Positions 10,002 to 20,103 of a stretch of DNA of 64,000 nt are shown here, piece after piece. Below the pieces are notes generated by a model. The model searched no databases. It was given only the letters and a program-made list of their open reading frames with translations, and was not told the DNA's origin. The DNA is from a virus, in IMG/VR virus record IMGVR_UViG_3300045974_000760, positions 1 to 64,000 of that record; one strand, given 5' to 3'. The translations under genes were made by a program, and so were the position numbers. Position 1 is the first letter of the stretch, and every line of letters starts with the position of its first letter.

Positions 10002-10934
10002 ATGTCTCTCAATGACCTCCTTCAGCAGCGCATGGGCAGCGACGACGCAATCAACCTCGAGAAGACCGCGCAGTACGAGCACTTCATCAAGGTCGCCCAA
10101 GGCGCGAACGTCCCGCTCGAGCAGATGACCACCGACCAAATCGAGGCCCTCTACAACTCCTACATGGGCAAGACTGCCGAAGAGGAGTCGAAGGAAGAGA
10201 GCGACGACGAGAAGAAGAAGCGCCTCGTCGAGAAGGCCAAAGAAGAGCACGAGTCCAAGACCGCGGGCGTCAAGCTCGCCATGGAGTACCAGGAGCTCGG
10301 GCGTCACCTCGCACACGGCTTCCACCAGGAGCTGCTCGAGAAGAGCGCAGGTGTTGGGGACAAGTTGCGCTCCGCAGCGGACGCAGTGGCTGGAGGCGCG
10401 GTCAACATCGGCAACAAGATGAAGGGAACCCGCGGAGGGCAGCTCCTGACCGGCTCGAAGCGGGATGCACATTTCGCAGAGGGCGAACGTCTGCGCATCT
10501 ATGCGGGCGGATTCAGGCCTGATGGCGAGGGGGCGGCGAACAAGTCTCGGTACTTGGCAAGCCTGGAGGACAAGGCCGGTAAGGAGGAGGCGCGTAAGGT
10601 CATTGGCGCGCGGGCGACCGCTGGCGCAGCTGGTGCTGCGGCAGTCGGTGGTGGAGCAGCAGGCATCCACCACGCCATGAAGAAGGACGACGGCGAGAAG
10701 GAGGCTTCGGCCTACGACCTCACCGCAGCTCACGTCGCACTCGAGCTCATCAAGAGCGCGGGCTGGAACGGCGACCAAGCGGCTGACCGCCTCAACGCGG
10801 TCCTCACCCTCGGTACGGAAGAGACCGAGTTTGCCAAGACCGCAGCGCTCGATTCGTTCGAGGCCGGTATCGAGGCACGCGCGCTCGAGTTCGCAGCGGC
10901 TGCTGGCTACCCCATTCAGCCGGGAGAGGGCTGA
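10002..10934 (+). CDS. Scaffold-like or internal head protein with about 9 K-x-A motifs and a Gly/Ala zipper
   Basis: GGAG RBS; EKTAQ, IKVAQ, GKTAE, SKTAG, VKLAM, EKSAG, EKEAS, IKSAG, AKTAA; charged EEESKEESDDEKKK tract. Confidence 0.65.
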   Translation: MSLNDLLQQRMGSDDAINLEKTAQYEHFIKVAQGANVPLEQMTTDQIEALYNSYMGKTAEEESKEESDDEKKKRLVEKAKEEHESKTAGVKLAMEYQELGRHLAHGFHQELLEKSAGVGDKLRSAADAVAGGAVNIGNKMKGTRGGQLLTGSKRDAHFAEGERLRIYAGGFRPDGEGAANKSRYLASLEDKAGKEEARKVIGARATAGAAGAAAVGGGAAGIHHAMKKDDGEKEASAYDLTAAHVALELIKSAGWNGDQAADRLNAVLTLGTEETEFAKTAALDSFEAGIEARALEFAAAAGYPIQPGEG

Positions 10935-10940
10935 GAGGTC

Positions 10941-12098
10941 ATGAGGAAGCTGGCCGCAGAGAGCGTTGTGTCAGGCCATGAGCCTGACCAAACCAATGCG
11001 GCCGTTCCTCAGACCAACATCCTCACCTCCCCTGCATCAGGCAAGCGAGGCCCAATAGGAACCGCACCACGTACGAACTACTCCCGCGTCAACACAGGAA
11101 CCCCTGGTTCCGGTGAGCCTGACGGGGGTGCGCAGAAGACGATGGCACCGATGGGACTGGCAAACCTACCCAAGCTAGCGAGCAAGGAAACGAACATGAG
11201 CCACACAGGACGACCGATGTTGCAAGCTCTCGTCAAGACCGCGATGGAAGGCGCCACGCTCGGCGGGCTGCGAGATGCAGCTGCACGAGCATCGGGCACC
11301 TACAAGCTCGCGGGGGAGGAGAGTGAGGAAGAGAAGCGCAAGAAGGAAGAGGCGAAGAAGAAGTCGGAGAAGGATGCCGGCTGCAAGACCGCTTCAGCAG
11401 ATATCAGCAAGCTCGCCGCAGCGTTGTATGAGCTCGCGGATATGAAGCTGGCGGAAGGCCCAGGACAAGGACCCGGTGCTCTGCCCGTGCACGAGACTGC
11501 GGCTCACCCCGCCATCTCGCACGAGACGGGCAAAGCGGTTACTCAGCTCCCGGCTCCTTCGTTCGGTAAGGGCGCACCTGCGCACGACCCGCACAACCAG
11601 ATGGCGAATGACGTCAACGACCGCCCCGGTGGTTCGGCGCCGCAGAAGACTTCGCTCCCTGGCGACAAGACTGCGTCTGACGGCCTGATGATTCAGCGCC
11701 TGTTGATTGAGAAGCGCGCCGAGGATGCGATCAATCCGGCGCACATCAGCGCGGGGTCTGCGAAGACCACCGAGCTGCCGAAGATGGAGACGCTGGAGCG
11801 ACCGGCTTCTGTCCCTGGCCACGCGTCCTTGGTGGGCAGCAACGAGCGAGCAGAGTCCTTCACTCGCGGTGATGCGAAGGCACAAGAGCGAGCGGACCTC
11901 AAGGCTGTGCTCGATGAGCCTGCACTGTCACGAGCGCACGACAAGGACTTGGCGAATGCGCTGACCCACAACACCGGGTCGAAGATTGCGTCGCTCGAGG
12001 CAACTGCGGCACGCGCCTACCTGCAGAAGCTGGCCTCGTCGCTTCCAGCGACGCCCGCACCCACCACGTCAACCTCTCGCAAACACCCGGAGTACTGA
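10941..12098 (+). CDS. Scaffold-like low-complexity head protein with about 11 K-x-A motifs; possible internal start at 11196
   Basis: RKLAA, PKLAS, VKTAM, YKLAG, CKTAS, SKLAA, MKLAE, DKTAS, EKRAE, SKIAS, QKLAS; AAGGA before the in-frame ATG at 11196. Confidence 0.6.
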   Translation: MRKLAAESVVSGHEPDQTNAAVPQTNILTSPASGKRGPIGTAPRTNYSRVNTGTPGSGEPDGGAQKTMAPMGLANLPKLASKETNMSHTGRPMLQALVKTAMEGATLGGLRDAAARASGTYKLAGEESEEEKRKKEEAKKKSEKDAGCKTASADISKLAAALYELADMKLAEGPGQGPGALPVHETAAHPAISHETGKAVTQLPAPSFGKGAPAHDPHNQMANDVNDRPGGSAPQKTSLPGDKTASDGLMIQRLLIEKRAEDAINPAHISAGSAKTTELPKMETLERPASVPGHASLVGSNERAESFTRGDAKAQERADLKAVLDEPALSRAHDKDLANALTHNTGSKIASLEATAARAYLQKLASSLPATPAPTTSTSRKHPEY

Positions 12099-12101
12099 GT
12101 C

Positions 12102-12449
12102 ATGCCGATTCCCCGTGAGATGGAGGTCGAGCTGCTCAAGGAGGCAGCCGATGTCCTGCAAGCAACCGCGCAGGAGCGTGACGAAGCGCTCGCGAAGGTC
12201 GCCGAGCTCGAGCTCGAGAAGCGCGTTTCCAAGTTGGCCTCGGACCTTTCATCGCGCGGCTTGTACAGCGGGATGAAGTCTGACGAGCTGACGAACTACC
12301 TCTACGAGGCGGCGGGCCAAGGCAAACTGGCCTCCATCGAAGAGGCGGCAGAGATGGTTGGGGCGGGCTCAGACCTGGCCCGACTCGACACGAACGGTGC
12401 ACCTACGGGTGGCGGGATGAACGCCATCGAGCGCTTCCTGCGCAGCTGA
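12102..12449 (+). CDS. Small coiled-coil scaffold-like protein
   Basis: Coiled coil; LKEAA, SKLAS, GKLAS; C-terminal IERFL; two genes before the MCP. Confidence 0.6.
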   Translation: MPIPREMEVELLKEAADVLQATAQERDEALAKVAELELEKRVSKLASDLSSRGLYSGMKSDELTNYLYEAAGQGKLASIEEAAEMVGAGSDLARLDTNGAPTGGGMNAIERFLRS

Positions 12450-12490
12450 AACCCCCCACTGAAACACAAGTACCAGGAGACTGAAATACC

Positions 12491-13033
12491 ATGGCGATCA
12501 CTCCGCAGAAGATCAACTTCGAACCTGTCAGCGACCTGCTCGCGGGCGTTGTTGTCCGCGACTTCCCGCTGTCCGACATCACCATCGCTGACCCGAGCAA
12601 CGCTGGTTGCTTCGTGGACGGCGAGTGGTTCACGCTCGACGCGACTGGCAAGAAGGCCGCACGTGGTGCGACCCTTGCGGCGACGGGCGTCGACAACGCG
12701 ACGGGCCGAGCGACGGCACCCTGCTTCCCCATGTGGGCGCAGCGCGGCACGACCGACGTCCAGGCGACGCCGGACAAGCGTGCGCCGCTCATCTGGATGG
12801 GGCTGTGGGAGTTCGACACCCGCATCTTCGACGCTTCTGCTGTGGTCGCCAGCGGCGCCGCCATCACTGCCATGTGGCAGGGGCTGAAGGTCGCCACGAT
12901 CGCCGGCAACGGCCGCAACTACGTGGGCTTGGTTGGCCACGGTGGTTCGGGCGATTCGGCGCGAGTTCAGGCGTATGTCTCCCGCCTCCCGGCGGACAAC
13001 GGCGGCAAGCTCCGCATCCGCAACTATCTCTGA
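12491..13033 (+). CDS. Putative capsid decoration/cement protein
   Basis: 180-aa beta-rich, Gly/Ala/Thr-rich protein immediately upstream of the MCP; AGGAG RBS. Confidence 0.55.
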   Translation: MAITPQKINFEPVSDLLAGVVVRDFPLSDITIADPSNAGCFVDGEWFTLDATGKKAARGATLAATGVDNATGRATAPCFPMWAQRGTTDVQATPDKRAPLIWMGLWEFDTRIFDASAVVASGAAITAMWQGLKVATIAGNGRNYVGLVGHGGSGDSARVQAYVSRLPADNGGKLRIRNYL

Positions 13034-13066
13034 GCTAAGAGCTCGAAGGAAAGGAACAGCACCACC

Positions 13067-14191
13067 ATGGAAACAAGTGCCCAGCACCTGAACGAGCTCT
13101 TCTCGCAGAAGATTGCGTCGTCGGAATCGCGTGAGAAGTTCGCCGAAGCGGCGGGTGATTTCATCCGCGACCGTCTTCGTGAAGTTTCGTTCGCTCGCCA
13201 GATCTTGCCGCCACAGCAAGTGACCCGAGCGGACTGCCAGGTCTCCGTGAATCACGACACGCTCGTGAAGATCATCGAGGTCGAGCCTCGGTCGCGCGGT
13301 ATGTCGATGTCGTTCCGCGGTCAGCCGACCACGCGCTACCTGCGCGCCGGCCGTGCCGAGACGGCGTTCCACACCGTGAGCACCGAGCGGTACCAGAAGT
13401 ACGAGCAAGAGCTGCTCGCCTACACGATGCCGATCACCAAGGTGGTCGAGGACAACAGCGTGAAGGACCTGCAGGAGGTTGAGGACCGTCTCTTCCTCAT
13501 CAACATCGAGCTCGCGGTTCAGAGCCTCCAGACGGAAGCCAACGGCGGCGTCGCGACGGAGCTGGCGTACTCGACGCTCAACGGGGGCACTTGTGTGGAG
13601 TTCTCGGTGTGCAAGGGCGAGTTGGCCCGCACCGCCGGCAGCGACAGCAAGACCGTGTGGCCGCTTCAGCGCCCGGACATCGTCCGCCTGAAGAAGAGCA
13701 TCGACGGCAACCGCCTCCGTGGCGAGCGCCTGCTCATGACCGAAGTCGACTGGGACGACATCCTGCAATGGACGGTCTCGGACTTCGGCGACAAGCTCCA
13801 GTCGGAGACCACGGTCGACGGGTACAAGTACAACACCCTCCTCGGCATCCCGTACATCCGTACGATCAAGACCGACGTCTTGAAGCCGGGCAACCTGTAC
13901 ATCTTCACGGACCCGAAGTTCTTCGGCCGGTTCTACGTCCTGAACCAGGTCAAGTTCTACATCGACAAGGTTGCGAACCTCCTCACGTTCCAAGCGTGGG
14001 AAGACATCGCGATGGCGATTGTGAACGTGGCCGCAGTCCGCAAGCTCGAGCTCTACTCGGGCAACGCCAACCCCGGTGCCGGTTCGCAGACGCTCATCGC
14101 GAACTTCCTGCCGAACGATGAGGACGCCCTCGGCGCTCTCAACAACCGCGTCGACAGCGGCATCAACTTCCCTGCCATTGCTTCGTTCTGA
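13067..14191 (+). CDS. Major capsid protein (HK97 fold inferred)
   Basis: 374 aa; FIRDRLREVSFARQILPP; strongly biased codons; AAGGA RBS; strong terminator downstream; position in the head module. Confidence 0.8.
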   Translation: METSAQHLNELFSQKIASSESREKFAEAAGDFIRDRLREVSFARQILPPQQVTRADCQVSVNHDTLVKIIEVEPRSRGMSMSFRGQPTTRYLRAGRAETAFHTVSTERYQKYEQELLAYTMPITKVVEDNSVKDLQEVEDRLFLINIELAVQSLQTEANGGVATELAYSTLNGGTCVEFSVCKGELARTAGSDSKTVWPLQRPDIVRLKKSIDGNRLRGERLLMTEVDWDDILQWTVSDFGDKLQSETTVDGYKYNTLLGIPYIRTIKTDVLKPGNLYIFTDPKFFGRFYVLNQVKFYIDKVANLLTFQAWEDIAMAIVNVAAVRKLELYSGNANPGAGSQTLIANFLPNDEDALGALNNRVDSGINFPAIASF

Positions 14192-14240
14192 CCTGTCCCG
14201 CCTTGTGCGGGGTCACAACGAACTCGGGTTGAAGTAGAGT

Positions 14241-14286
14241 GAAGGGCGTAGTGGACTCGAGAGAGCTACTACGCCCTTCGTCTTTC
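14241..14286 (+). terminator. Intrinsic terminator after the MCP
   Basis: 12-bp stem GAAGGGCGTAGT/ACTACGCCCTTC followed by GTCTTTC. Confidence 0.75.
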
Positions 14287-14299
14287 TGGAGAACTGACC

Positions 14300-14890
14300 A
14301 TGCCTGATTATCTGCTCAAGAGTGTCATCCGTTCACAAGCCAGCCGCGCCAAAGCAATGGCTTCCCCCGTCCGTCATCGTCACGAGTTGTTCGTCGGCTC
14401 GGACAAGCGCCGTCTCATCGAAGCGCGCCCCCTGGTGGTGGCTGAAGTGTGGTTGCTTGCGAACCTGCCCGAGCTCAAGTCGCTCAAGGAACAGGGGCGC
14501 CTTTCAGTCCAGACGATGGACCGCCGAGAGGTGGACCTCAATACGCTCGAGGCTGCGCCCGCTCCAGCCGAAGCGCCTGCCCCCAGCTTCCCTGTCGACT
14601 CCATCATGCGGGACCCGCCACGCGGTGTCCCCATGCCCATCTTCCCTGGTGTGAACGTGCCTGCGGATGTCCCGATGCCGCTGCACATTCCACAACCGGT
14701 GCGTGAAGCAGCCAAGCTGCCCCTGCCCCCGGGCATCCCGACGTTCGACGCGCCCCCTCCAACGGAGCCCGAACCGGAGGTTGTGGAGGATGTTCCCGAG
14801 GCTACGCCGACCCCCGCGTTCGCTGCGGCTGAGGCGGCCACCGCGCCTGAGTCCCCGAAGGCTCGTTGGCCCAAGGGCGCACGCAAGTGA
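14300..14890 (+). CDS. Hypothetical protein with Pro-rich tail
   Basis: GGAG RBS; 196-aa ORF in the head-neck region. Confidence 0.6.
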   Translation: MPDYLLKSVIRSQASRAKAMASPVRHRHELFVGSDKRRLIEARPLVVAEVWLLANLPELKSLKEQGRLSVQTMDRREVDLNTLEAAPAPAEAPAPSFPVDSIMRDPPRGVPMPIFPGVNVPADVPMPLHIPQPVREAAKLPLPPGIPTFDAPPPTEPEPEVVEDVPEATPTPAFAAAEAATAPESPKARWPKGARK

Positions 14891-15195
14891 AACTGTACTG
14901 CCTTACGGACGTACCTACTCCGAATCTCGAGGAGCTGGGCGCGGTGGGGCAGCCAGTACATCTGACCAACCATGTTGTACTTCCAGGCGAGTGCCTCGAG
15001 CTGCCTGAGAGTTACGAGGCGATTTGCCGGGAGGCTATCCGTCAGTACGTGCGAGACGGTATCCTGTCGGTGGGCGTACGCCCCCCGTCCTACGCGGTTG
15101 CTCGAGCGCGCCAGGAGCGACTCGCACAAGCGAACAAGAAGGAGAAGTCCGGTGTCCCTACAAGCACTGCCAGGTATCAGCCCTACCGTCCGTGA
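14887..15195 (+). CDS. Hypothetical protein
   Basis: GTGA overlap with the previous stop codon. Confidence 0.5.
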   Translation: MKLYCLTDVPTPNLEELGAVGQPVHLTNHVVLPGECLELPESYEAICREAIRQYVRDGILSVGVRPPSYAVARARQERLAQANKKEKSGVPTSTARYQPYRP

Positions 15196-15652
15196 GTTCG
15201 TCGCCTCTGTGCGTGCGTACCTGCGCGACTACGAGGAGCTCAATCGCCTGGTAGCGGGCGTGGAGTCCTCAGACCGCCAGATTGCGTGGGCGGCCATGGA
15301 TGCGCTCGCGGAGTTCAACGGCACTCCACACTTCACACGGTTCAGTATCGACGAGCTGCTGGACGGGTACCAGCAACACTCTCTTCTTCGCCGCATGACA
15401 GTCTGCACGTTGATTGAAAGCGTCGCGCTCTTGCAGACGCGCAACCACGTCAACTACTCCAACGGCGGGCTGAACCTGGGCGTCAACGACAAGACCCCGA
15501 TGCTGATGAACTGGCTGCAGTACTACAAGGCATCGACCTCCCAGAAGATGCAGCAGGTGAAGGTCGCAATCAACATCTCCTCCATCCTCGGAACTGTTGG
15601 TTTGCACAGCGAACTTTGGTCGGTGAACTCGAGCTACGCGGCCTATTTATAG
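15152..15652 (+). CDS. Putative head-tail adaptor (neck) protein
   Basis: AAGGAG then GTG; helical VRAYLRDYEELNRL...YSNGGLNL; position after the MCP. Confidence 0.55.
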   Translation: MSLQALPGISPTVREFVASVRAYLRDYEELNRLVAGVESSDRQIAWAAMDALAEFNGTPHFTRFSIDELLDGYQQHSLLRRMTVCTLIESVALLQTRNHVNYSNGGLNLGVNDKTPMLMNWLQYYKASTSQKMQQVKVAINISSILGTVGLHSELWSVNSSYAAYL

Positions 15653-15683
15653 GCAAACTCTGCTCTTTTGAAGGAACCCCTAC

Positions 15684-16142
15684 ATGTTCAACGTCGTCGC
15701 GCGGAAGTTCAATACTCTCGAAGAAGTGAACCTCTTTCTCACAGGCGGTGTCATCTTCTCCCCGCCCGACCTCAAGAGCATCAACGACCGTGTCTACGGC
15801 CTGGTCGGAAAGAAGATTACCTTCCTGCATCCCGCGGTTGCTGTGACGTTTGCCGCGGGGGCACAAGCAGATGACCCCAGCGCGTTGACGATCGCCGACA
15901 TCCGCGCGCAGCTCGCGGCAGCCCTCACAGGCACGAAGGTGATTCAGCTATCTGGACACCTCCGCTGGGCCATCGTCGAGACCACGCCATCAGCCGGCAT
16001 CCAGGTGGACAGCAATCTCGCCAACACCGACGCCGACGCTGTCGCGAAGATTGGGCTGAGCCTCACGGCGACGGGCATCGTACGGAACTTCCTGCAGGCG
16101 TACCCCTTCGAAGCCTCTCACGTCGTCTACACTGTGGAGTGA
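15684..16142 (+). CDS. Structural protein with a domain resembling the tail-sheath insertion repeats
   Basis: GKKITF...VTFA...IRAQL...HLRW...AKIGL pattern resembles the repeats in the sheath. Confidence 0.5.
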   Translation: MFNVVARKFNTLEEVNLFLTGGVIFSPPDLKSINDRVYGLVGKKITFLHPAVAVTFAAGAQADDPSALTIADIRAQLAAALTGTKVIQLSGHLRWAIVETTPSAGIQVDSNLANTDADAVAKIGLSLTATGIVRNFLQAYPFEASHVVYTVE

Positions 16143-17932
16143 ACATGTCGCTCGAATCTTTCCTCACGAAGTCAGCCGGCATCCCTCTCGGAGTTGCTTC
16201 GACGTGGTTGCTACAACTCAAGCAGGCGTCGATTGTCGAGCCACCGGATATGACCGGCACGCTCGAGGGCGCATACGCAGCACCGCTGCCTGAGCTGCTG
16301 AACCAGCTCAGCCAAGTCATCGCTGGCAAGATGCGCTCGGTCTACGCCTACACGCTCTACTCGACGTGTATGCGCGGGGTGATGCAAGGCGCAGTGCACG
16401 AGGCGTTCGAAGAGCGCTCCATCGAAGAGCGTGAGGCGGTCGAGTACCACACCCGCCGTCTCGGCATCATGGGCGGGGCTCCGCATGTCCCCGACATTGA
16501 AGCACCCCCGCCATCCACCGAGCCCGAAGACATCGTCAAGATTCTCATCCGTCTCGAGCAGGAGAACATCGCACGGCTTCGCCAGCTCCGAGACATGCTC
16601 GGCGAGAACGTGATGAAGTACAAGGTCGAGGGCGACCTGGCAGAAGACCAGCGACACCTCGACGCCCTATGGGAGCTCCTGCCCGAAGTGATGGGTCCTG
16701 CCCAGCTTCTCGGCGCAGCGGCCCCTGGTGCAACTCCCGCCGCTCCTCCAGGTGCTCCCCCGCCTGCGGAAGAGGTAGCTGAGCCCGAGGCAGAGGCGGC
16801 TCCTGAAGCCCCGCCCGCAGAGGCAGAGGGGCCGAAGATGGCAGCCATCCATCGGATGAAGCTGGCGTTCGACCAAGTCATGGGCGACTCGGGCCAAGGA
16901 CAAGCGGGCACCGACATCGCAACCCCTTCGAATGATGCGGAGGGTGATGGTGAGGTGCAGCGTTGGATGCAGGGCGAGATGGCGGGCCGAGCGATGGAGG
17001 AAGGGAACATCGTCGAGTTCTACAAGAAGCGCATGCAGGCGACGCAGGCACAGCTGCAGGCCGCACAAGGCCAACAGCAGATGACGCAGCAACAGCTCGA
17101 CTCGCTCAACCAGCAAGCACAGCAGGCGCAGGCGTCGATTGCTCAGGCGCAGCAAGCCGCTTCGCAGGTGGAGCAGGCTGCGATGGCGAACCTCGAGAAG
17201 GCGCACAACACCGCAGTGCAGGCGATGCAGCAGACCCAGGCCGTACAGCAGCAGCTCCTTGCCCAACAGCAAGTGGGTATGGCCGCGCGTACCGAGACGG
17301 CGAACATGAAGTCGCAGCTGATGCAGATTGCACAGCAGGGTGACATCCCGCCTCAGCCGCCAGCAAACGTGAGCATCACTCCAGGTGGCGCAGCTCCGAT
17401 GGGTCCTGGTGCGCCGGGGCAGCCAGGAGCTCCACCCAGCGCCGAGCCTGTGCCTGGTGAGGCGGGGGCAGATGCAGGGGCAGGGGCAGCACAAGGCGAG
17501 GCTCCACCTGCAGCAGGCCCGAGCCCTGACGCTCAACCCGCAGCGCAGGCCAGTACGCCGGGCGAGAAGACGGGCGCTGAGACCCCGCCCATCTCCATGC
17601 TCAAGCGCCTCGGTATTGCAGGAGCTGGAGCTCTTGTCGGCGGCGCTACTGGCGGATTGACGGGTGCCGGCGTAGGCGCGACGGCCAATCGATTGCGCGG
17701 GGCCATGGCTTCGGCCGAGGCCAGCAACGACGGCTCCTTCCTCAAGGCGGTGCAGCTCGCGGGAGCGAAGAGTGCCCTCATCCCGGCTGAGCTCGCGGAA
17801 TCACATCCGTGGATACCTGCTGTAGGTGGTGCGCTCGCGGGGATGAGCTCTGGGGCAATGGCCGCACCGCACCTGAGTCACGCGGCCGAGAACTTCCAAA
17901 CGATTCGCAATCTGCGCAACGCTGCTCGCTGA
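16139..17932 (+). CDS. Modular putative virion protein: ferritin-like domain, Gln-rich coiled coil and glycine zippers, separated by K-x-A motifs
   Basis: EEREAVEYHTRRLGIMGGAP, LEQENIA and LAEDQRHLDAL fit a ferritin four-helix bundle; TKSAG, LKQAS, PKMAA, MKLAF; GAGALVGGATGGLTGAGVG. Confidence 0.65.
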   Translation: MNMSLESFLTKSAGIPLGVASTWLLQLKQASIVEPPDMTGTLEGAYAAPLPELLNQLSQVIAGKMRSVYAYTLYSTCMRGVMQGAVHEAFEERSIEEREAVEYHTRRLGIMGGAPHVPDIEAPPPSTEPEDIVKILIRLEQENIARLRQLRDMLGENVMKYKVEGDLAEDQRHLDALWELLPEVMGPAQLLGAAAPGATPAAPPGAPPPAEEVAEPEAEAAPEAPPAEAEGPKMAAIHRMKLAFDQVMGDSGQGQAGTDIATPSNDAEGDGEVQRWMQGEMAGRAMEEGNIVEFYKKRMQATQAQLQAAQGQQQMTQQQLDSLNQQAQQAQASIAQAQQAASQVEQAAMANLEKAHNTAVQAMQQTQAVQQQLLAQQQVGMAARTETANMKSQLMQIAQQGDIPPQPPANVSITPGGAAPMGPGAPGQPGAPPSAEPVPGEAGADAGAGAAQGEAPPAAGPSPDAQPAAQASTPGEKTGAETPPISMLKRLGIAGAGALVGGATGGLTGAGVGATANRLRGAMASAEASNDGSFLKAVQLAGAKSALIPAELAESHPWIPAVGGALAGMSSGAMAAPHLSHAAENFQTIRNLRNAAR

Positions 17933-17944
17933 GGAGAACAGAAC

Positions 17945-19210
17945 ATGCTCGAAGCATTCATGAAGGTTGCCTACGAACGTGGGCGTGCGCGCGAGGAGCA
18001 GGACAAGCTCGCCGCGGAGATGGCAAAGCGTCTATCCCTCGACGAGCTCAAGAAGCTCGCGACGGGAGAGACCAAGCTCGCGTGGCATTGCGACGAGGGC
18101 AAGGAGACGATGGACTTCCTCACGCAGTTCGAGGGGACCCCGCTCATGGCCCAAGCGCTCCAGCTCGAGGAGGCGGGTATCCAACTCGAGGAGCAGGAGA
18201 ACCAACAGCGCCAGATGCGTCACCAGCAATCCAAGCTCGATGACATGGACAGCGTCTGGGACAAGAAGAGTGCGCTCGGGACACAGAAGAAGCTCCTGCT
18301 CATCCAGCTCGCGAAGACGAAGCTCGAGTCCGGTGCGGCTGGACCGCCTGCCCCTGACGGGATGATGGGGATGCCCCCGTCTGCGACCCCGCCAGAGCCG
18401 AGCGCCAACCCTGGTGCAACGGCTGGAATGGCGGCGCAGGAATCCCCGATGGCAGGCGATGCTGTGAAGGCGGCGGCTGCTGGCTGGGTGCGTGAAATGG
18501 CGCAGCGAGAAGTCGACGTGCAACGCATGAGGAAGATTGCGGCGATGCCCGCCATGCTCGGCAACATCGGCCAGGCTGCACTCGGCGTTGCTCGGGCAAA
18601 CAAGGGCGCCCTCATCGGCGCTGGTGTTGGCGCAGCAAGCGGAGCAGCTGCTGGCGGTCTCGGCGAGCACGGTAGTATGGGCCGTGCTCTCGGCGGCGCT
18701 GTTGGCGGTGCTGCTGGCGGTGCCCTGCTCGGCGGGGGCGCGCAGATTGGTATGCGTGCCAATCACTTGATGAACACCAAGGGCATGGGCGCCATGGAGG
18801 CCATCCAAGGCGCAGCAGGAAGGCAGCTGGCGAACACTACGGGAGCGGTACGCAAAGCAATGCCGGCAGTAGCCGCTCCAGCCGCAGCAGCCGCACAAGC
18901 GGCAGGAGGTGCAGCCTCCGTGGCGGCCCCTTTGGGCAGTAGCGTTCAGGCTGCAACCCCGGCGGCAGGATTGACCGCTGCCCCAGAGGCTCCTCCGCTC
19001 CCAGATCTCAGGGCGCGGGGAGAGGCGGAACGGCAGTTCATCGCGGACCACGCCGCTTGGCGCAACACCGGGGAAATCGGGGAGCCGCCGATGCCTCCTC
19101 GGCATATGCCGGGGCGTCACGTGCAGCGCGCGCACCAGCAAGCCGATCAAGCTGCTGATGAGATCTTGCAGAACTACGGCAACCAGATCCGCACGAACTA
19201 CGGCTCATGA
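17945..19210 (+). CDS. Glycine-zipper putative internal virion protein with K-x-A motifs
   Basis: GAGGAG RBS; MKVAY, KKLAT, TKLAW, VKAAA, RKIAA; GALIGAGVGAASGAAAGG...GGAVGGAAGGALLGGG. Confidence 0.65.
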   Translation: MLEAFMKVAYERGRAREEQDKLAAEMAKRLSLDELKKLATGETKLAWHCDEGKETMDFLTQFEGTPLMAQALQLEEAGIQLEEQENQQRQMRHQQSKLDDMDSVWDKKSALGTQKKLLLIQLAKTKLESGAAGPPAPDGMMGMPPSATPPEPSANPGATAGMAAQESPMAGDAVKAAAAGWVREMAQREVDVQRMRKIAAMPAMLGNIGQAALGVARANKGALIGAGVGAASGAAAGGLGEHGSMGRALGGAVGGAAGGALLGGGAQIGMRANHLMNTKGMGAMEAIQGAAGRQLANTTGAVRKAMPAVAAPAAAAAQAAGGAASVAAPLGSSVQAATPAAGLTAAPEAPPLPDLRARGEAERQFIADHAAWRNTGEIGEPPMPPRHMPGRHVQRAHQQADQAADEILQNYGNQIRTNYGS

Positions 19211-20103
19211 GCTCCCTCACCGTCCACAACATGAAGATCCGGTCTCTGGACCTGGACTACTACGAGTTGTCGTGGGCGGTGAGTAACACGCTCGAAGACA
19301 TCCTCGACTACGAGTTCGAGGTCCAGCGTAGTGAGGCGCCCGCCGGGCCCTTCACTTCCATCTCTACCCCGTTCCAGGACCGCTACCTCTTCGTCGACAA
19401 CCGCCGTCCTGTTGGCCACCGATACCGCAACTACTTCTACCGCATCCTCGTCCGTAACCGCGGGACGAAAGAGGAGACCTTCTCGGAGGCCGTCAATCGT
19501 GAGCCCGAGGCAGACCTCATTGCGCTCGAGGTGCGCTCCCACATGCAGCTGCTCTTCCGCGAGTTCATCGGAAGGCGCTGTTGGGTCATCCCCGTCCGCA
19601 CATTCGGTCAGCGCTGCCCCTCCTGCTGGAACCCCACGCTCCAGAAGCGGAACAAGTCGGGCTGCATCACCTGCTACGACACGGGCTTTGCCAAGGGATA
19701 CCTCTCGCCCATCGAGACGTGGGTATCCATCGACCCTTCTGCCAACACCGAACAGAACTCGTCGACGGGTCCCACACAGCAGAACAACACAACCGCCCGC
19801 TTCGCGTACACCCCTCAGGTCAAACCACGCGACCTACTGGTGGAGCCCGAGAACCGGCGCTGGCGCATCACGAAGGTCTCGACGACCGAACAAGTACGCG
19901 CCCCGCTGCACCAGGAGGTGGAGATTCACGAGATACCCGACAAGGATGTCGAGTTCTCCATCCCACTCCTGCTCGACAACGCGTTGCGGGACTTGTGGTT
20001 GTCCCCCTCGCGCAACTTCAGCAACCCGCACAACCTCGAGAGTGCCATGAACGAAGATCTCGATGCGGCGTTCTCGCTGTATAGTAGGAGACCAGGCCAA
20101 TGA
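19207..20103 (+). CDS. Putative neck/head-closure protein (FN3-like N-terminus, Zn finger)
   Basis: ELSW...FEVQRSEAPAGPF...YFYRI (FN3-like); CPSC...CITCYDTGF; PQVKPRDLLVE..NRRWRI. Confidence 0.55.
   Translation: MSSLTVHNMKIRSLDLDYYELSWAVSNTLEDILDYEFEVQRSEAPAGPFTSISTPFQDRYLFVDNRRPVGHRYRNYFYRILVRNRGTKEETFSEAVNREPEADLIALEVRSHMQLLFREFIGRRCWVIPVRTFGQRCPSCWNPTLQKRNKSGCITCYDTGFAKGYLSPIETWVSIDPSANTEQNSSTGPTQQNNTTARFAYTPQVKPRDLLVEPENRRWRITKVSTTEQVRAPLHQEVEIHEIPDKDVEFSIPLLLDNALRDLWLSPSRNFSNPHNLESAMNEDLDAAFSLYSRRPGQ

Noticed and set aside
12302-13993. Long antisense ORFs (e.g. 12302-13993, 21497-22570, 22580-23968, 18032-19150)
   Set aside because: Shadow frames of strongly codon-biased GC-rich genes; non-protein-like composition and no RBS
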